55,101 nt of DNA, taken from the NCBI GenBank assembly GCA_002245135.1, contig NGBS01001170.1, positions 124,001 to 179,101 of the forward strand, given 5' to 3'. Source of the DNA: Proteromonas lacertae. Its lineage: Eukaryota. The notes beneath the pieces were generated by a model. The model was not told the DNA's origin and searched no databases. It saw only the letters and a program-made list of their open reading frames with translations. Both the position numbers and the translations under genes were made by a program. Positions within the stretch are counted from its first letter, which is position 1, and each line of letters starts with the position of its first letter. Shown one piece after another: positions 50,510 to 55,101 of this stretch.

Positions 50510-51295
50510 TTAAAATGGTTCTGTAACACCTGTATCCATCCACTCTGTTATAATAACTTGAGGTGGGAATGCTTGATATGAATATGCATCAAGACCTTTT
50601 CGTTCTATATAAAGATTACATTTATTATTATTATTTCTTAATATAGGCCAAAAACATCCATAATCATTAATTGCAGGTTGTGAAGTTTCATTTATTACAC
50701 CTTGTATAGGGAAGTATATTCCATTACTACCATCTACAAAGTATGTTTCTAATAATTTGTTATAATATTGTTGCAATAAATCTTCTTTACCTGGTTCAGC
50801 TTTAATAACATGATTGTCATCTAGATATAATATAAATCCATAACCATCATCATGATTTTTTAAAACAAGGCCATTGTATATCTTGATTCTCATAAAATGT
50901 TCAAACATTTGAATTTTTATAGGTACTTTTACAGTAGATTCATATTGATTGATCGAACCATCTTGAAATATATAGAAATTAACTGACCAATATGTATATT
51001 CAGTATGCAATAATTTAGGTGATACAGAATTATTAACTATTGTAGTACTACCTCCAGAGCTATTATTTACAACATTATATATTTCTTGACATTTACCATA
51101 TATAGTATTTGTAGTAGTTTTGATATCATTAACAGGTGTAATAATATTATTTATTTGAGTATCAGTATGATTATTAATAGGTTTAACAATAGTATCAGGA
51201 TCAGTAGGTTGTATATTTATTTTGTCAGCTATATCTTTAGCAAGCTTATCTGTATCAATATTTATATCTGAAGTATTTCGTTCCCCAATAAACAT
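50510..51295 (-). CDS. Viral structural-module protein, putative fibre/spike
   Basis: Directly downstream of the ATPase; Ile/Asn/Thr-rich stalk-like N-half, SSGGST linker, aromatic beta-type C-half. Confidence 0.45.
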   Translation of the reverse strand: MFIGERNTSDINIDTDKLAKDIADKINIQPTDPDTIVKPINNHTDTQINNIITPVNDIKTTTNTIYGKCQEIYNVVNNSSGGSTTIVNNSVSPKLLHTEYTYWSVNFYIFQDGSINQYESTVKVPIKIQMFEHFMRIKIYNGLVLKNHDDGYGFILYLDDNHVIKAEPGKEDLLQQYYNKLLETYFVDGSNGIYFPIQGVINETSQPAINDYGCFWPILRNNNNKCNLYIERKGLDAYSYQAFPPQVIITEWMDTGVTEPF

Positions 51296-51339
51296 TTTTT
51301 GAATTAATAAACAATAAAATAACAAAATTAATAAAAACA

Positions 51340-52101
51340 TCAAGAAACTTCAGAATGATCTTCAATCAAAATATTAAAGTTAGCTCTAAACACTTTTTTA
51401 ACATTATCAATATATAAGAAGTTATATTGTGGCTTAGTAACAGCTAAATATAACTCTTTAAATGTTTCATATTCAGGTATCCATATATTCAATGAGTTGT
51501 ATAAGTCAAACAAATTTCTATTACTCAATCCATAAAATGTTAAACAATAATCTACTTGTGATCTTGCTGAAGGTACTATATCAGTAATATATTGACTACT
51601 AATTATAATTTTTGATTTTAAATGTCTATTTTCTTTCATTAATACTGGTATGATATTAGCTGTTTTCAACTCTAAACTAAGATCATCAAATATTATAATA
51701 TGTTCTGCATACTCAAAATTATCTTTGTTTGTATCATCAATTGATTTCATTAACTTCTCTACTAAATTATCTCCTGAATAAGGTTCAAATAATGAATCGT
51801 TTTCATCATAACTAATTTCATTATAATCTAATAACTCTTTAATTGAATCATATATCCTATCTTGTTTAATTGTACCTACGAAAAAATGTACATGTTGTTT
51901 TTTCTTATATTTTGGATCTATAATATGTCTTAATATATTGTATATCAAAGTAGTTTTCCCACTGTTCTTACGAGCTACAATAAATATATTGCAGAAAGGC
52001 TCATTAAAGTAATCATATCCCAGAATTTTCTTAGGATCAAAAGACTCACCACCATCAACAGGTTCAATTTGTATATTATTTATTTTTTCAAATTTAAACA
52101 T
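51340..52101 (-). CDS. A32-like (FtsK-HerA) viral genome-packaging ATPase
   Basis: Walker A ARKNSGKTT, Walker B HIIIFDD, arginine-finger motif NRH..IIISSQY, ARSQ. Confidence 0.9.
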   Translation of the reverse strand: MFKFEKINNIQIEPVDGGESFDPKKILGYDYFNEPFCNIFIVARKNSGKTTLIYNILRHIIDPKYKKKQHVHFFVGTIKQDRIYDSIKELLDYNEISYDENDSLFEPYSGDNLVEKLMKSIDDTNKDNFEYAEHIIIFDDLSLELKTANIIPVLMKENRHLKSKIIISSQYITDIVPSARSQVDYCLTFYGLSNRNLFDLYNSLNIWIPEYETFKELYLAVTKPQYNFLYIDNVKKVFRANFNILIEDHSEVS

Positions 52102-52171
52102 AGTGTGTGTATATATTATGTAGTGAGAAATCAAAAAATAAAAATAGAAGTCAATAATAAAGTATTATTAC

Positions 52172-53587
52172 TTATACTACCTTTTCAACACCTCTTGGTC
52201 CAATAATCAATTGTTTACCAGTAATTATGTAGAACTTATGATGAATTGTATATGGATTATGATTAGCATCAAATCGTTGATTTGAGCAATCCAAAGTAAT
52301 TTTTAAATCACTTGCTAAGTCTTTACCAGCTCTTAATTTTAATTCAGTTAATCGATCAGTACTGAAATTTAGAACATCAAAAAATGAATTGGGAAATGAT
52401 AATGTATTACATTTATCAAATATTGTATTTTGAATAATATTTCTCATATATTCCATGTCTGATATTTTGCAGGATATAAATAATCAGGTGTATAAACGAA
52501 ATCATTAATTTGCCATCTTATTCTATCTTGATCTTGATCAAAAGGAATAGTATCTCTATTATATGCATCATTATAATATGCTCTGTATAATATATATTTA
52601 ACATAACTTCCTATGCTACTATTAATACTGAAGTTATAGTTAAAAGTATTACTACCTGGAATTGGATCTTTAGTGATTTGAACTATATTAAAGTCAGTAA
52701 AGTCAATAGGATGATGAGTTGAATAATTAATGGTATTAGCATTACATGTTGATCTTTATTGTAACAATGTAAAGTCTAGGATTAATAATTTTCATTCCTA
52801 CATGCTGTTGCCATGAATTAATCCAAACAGAACCATTGCTATGAATGAATCCAATTCATTATAGGAGCAAATGTGAATTGAATATAAATGACTTCACCAA
52901 AATAAATATCATTCTTCAAAGCTAATATGGTATTATAGAAATCTGCAAATGAAATCTACAGTATAGTTTTCCATGTAATATATCTTCTGTTGTTCCCATT
53001 TCTTCCCAATAATTCCAAACACCTCCATTTGCATTTAAAGTAGAATTAGAATTACATATAGTTGTTTCAGCTATTTTATTATTTCTAATGCGTAAGCCAT
53101 CAATAAATATTCATAATAATGATAATCTTTTATATCATAAGGATACTGGTTAGCAATTTGATGAGCTAAATCTCGATATTCATTATAACTACTATCTAAA
53201 TCACATAGAAGTGTTCCAGTTTTATTGTATACTTTGATAGTTCCAAAATTCATTGAATTCCTTAAATTTATATGATCTAACATTTTACCAGTAGTAGAAT
53301 CAGTTACAGGTGTAATAGGTAATTTCCATTGTCCTTTACCTGCATCTGCATGATCTCTTTTTTTGACCTGTAGTATAATCTAATTCAAATTCAAAGTAAC
53401 TTTTAGATAGATTAACACAATTATCACCAGATATTTCAAATGTAATAGCATCACTGTTTGAATTTAAAGATAAAACAGTCTCATTTCTGCTTTGGTTAGG
53501 TGTAACTAAAATATGATTGTAGACAGGTATATAAGCTGGCACAATGCTTTCATGTTTTTGTGAATTAGGTACAGCAGTGATTGACAT
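52172..53587 (-). CDS. Major capsid protein (double jelly-roll type, ~470 codons), interrupted by several 1-nt frameshifts
   Basis: Frame-hopping gives ITFEISGDNCVNLSKSYFEFEL, DFYNTILALKNDIYFGEVIYIQF, KIINPRLY, FYIITGKQLIIGPRGV; size and position between penton and ATPase fit a Polinton-like MCP. Confidence 0.75.
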
Positions 53588-53641
53588 ATTTTATGTTATT
53601 TTTTAAAAATCAAAAAATGCTTAAAAATAGCAAGAAATTTA

Positions 53642-54612
53642 TTAATACAAAATAATCTCAAAATAAATAGGTAAGTTATTTAAATCAATTGCATAACCAT
53701 CTTGTTGAGAGACTGATATATTCATTCGTTGATATTCGTGATATTGCATCTTTTTAGTTGTCCATTCAATTTGTGGATTAGTGAATGTAGTATAATCTGC
53801 ATTTATATCAGTTACAGGTATATTTGCTAAAACCATTGAATTCTCACCACTATTACCCAGTCACATCTAATTTGTATGAATGACACCCATAGTAAAGAAG
53901 GCTGATTTGGTAACAAATTAGAATAATAATTAAAATCTTTACTGAAATATGCATCACTTAAATGATTTGCATGATAAATTGATATACTTTTATTTATTTC
54001 ATCTAAACCAAATAACTTATATGCTAAGTTAGGGAATTCCATACTAAAATCTGTAAAGTAATATTTTCCGAAATGAGTAATATAATTAAATTGTAACTTT
54101 AATCTATTTTCTGAAGTTTTTTCAAATTGAAGTACATCTGTTTGATCATCTACTTTATGAAATGGAAATCTATTTGCAAAATCTTCATCAGGTAATGGTT
54201 CCACTCCATTATCAAATGCATAAAAAGTAAACTTAAGAGATTTCTAGCAAAATAATCTAATAATTCTTTTCCCTGTATATTTTCTTTGAGGTATTTTAAT
54301 ATCAATAGTTTTATTATAAGGTCCATTTTGGTTTTCAGGGTATGCCCATTTTATTGGATTTGTTTTCATCTGGATTAATGCAGCTATAATAAGTAAAATT
54401 AAAGAGTATATGATCATTACTTCATCTTGTACTGTATAGAAGTTATTTGGAATAACTGCAGTAATTAAACTCATATATTGATATTTTTCAGTTATAGTTG
54501 GAGTATTAATACATCTTGTCCATCTATTTGAAAATTTTGAATCATAGTCTGATGTAGTTAAGAACAATGATCTTCTATTATTTATAACATTATTACTATC
54601 TTTAGGTTGCAT
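53642..54612 (-). CDS. Minor capsid (penton) protein, interrupted by several 1-nt frameshifts
   Basis: N-terminal SLITAVIPNNFYTV and C-terminal VLANIPV..QQDGYAIDLNNLPIYFEIILY resemble Polinton/PLV penton motifs. Confidence 0.75.
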
Positions 54613-54692
54613 TATGTTTATAATTGTTGAGAAATATTAAAATATTATTTTATTTGAATTATTCTTTAATTTATATATCGTTATATATATAT

Positions 54693-55101
54693 ATGCAACC
54701 ACAACCACAAGTTAACAATTCAAATGATGAAGAAGATGAACCAACAGATGATGATTATGAATATGAAGAAGATGAAGATAATGTACCTATTGATATGAAC
54801 AGAATAAGACATAGAAGAAGACATAGAAGGAATCAAGTCATACCATTTCAAGATATAAGCGAAGATGATTTGAATAACTATGTGAATCAAGAAGTGAAAA
54901 GATTTAACAAAACATTGATTATGCAATATAGACTGATTCCTGTAGGTGGCAAATCATGAGTTTTTAATAGAATATATAATTTATATGATGAACATATGAA
55001 AATGTTTAATTGGTGTAAGAATTTATTTGTAACAGGTCCTTTTGCACATGGTAAACCATTAGAAGCTTATAATCCAAAATTAGCAGAAATGAAAATTCTG
55101 C
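54693..55101 (+). CDS. 5' part of a divergently transcribed viral gene (acidic then Arg-rich N-terminus), with an in-frame TGA at 54957
   Basis: The same frame stays open after the TGA to the window end (VFNRIYNLYDEHMKMFNWCKN...). Confidence 0.5.

Larger units (their letters stand above)
49260..55101. mobile_element. Endogenous Polinton-like / adintovirus-MELD-type dsDNA virus (left part; continues beyond the window)
   Basis: Abrupt switch to intronless genes; adjacent A32-like ATPase, MCP-like and penton-like genes; structured non-coding left end. Confidence 0.85.

Noticed and set aside
1..55101. CRISPR array or prokaryotic operon structure
   Set aside because: No regularly spaced direct repeats; the sequence is intron-rich eukaryotic DNA

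Overview
Very AT-rich, gene-dense eukaryotic DNA with many tiny (mostly 25-35 nt) GT-AG introns. This architecture suggests a Blastocystis/Opalinata-like gut stramenopile (inference). Bases 1-49260 hold about 24 host genes: copine, SRP19, a DUF1765-DEP protein, tRNA-Cys, PP2A B'', a MORN protein, Jouberin/AHI1, TRIT1, Sen15-like, SAPS, VPS36, FkbM, FANCM, an MFS transporter, TMEM209, RPL37, a dual kinase, an amino-acid transporter and others. Four features stand out. (1) From about 49260 to the window end lies an integrated Polinton-like/PRD1-lineage dsDNA virus with packaging ATPase, major and minor capsid genes and a putative fibre. Its left end is hairpin-rich, and it appears to have truncated a host gene. 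(2) Four minor-spliceosome (U12-type) introns all appear to end in AA (AT-AA) rather than AC or AG. (3) Two nested inverted repeats (a C2H2 zinc-finger gene pair and a signal-peptide-bearing OGT/GT41 pair) show patchy gene conversion. (4) The FANCM helicase carries DEK-C, PHD/ePHD and ZZ chromatin-reader domains. Scattered single-base frameshifts suggest residual assembly indel errors. All exon models were read by eye.
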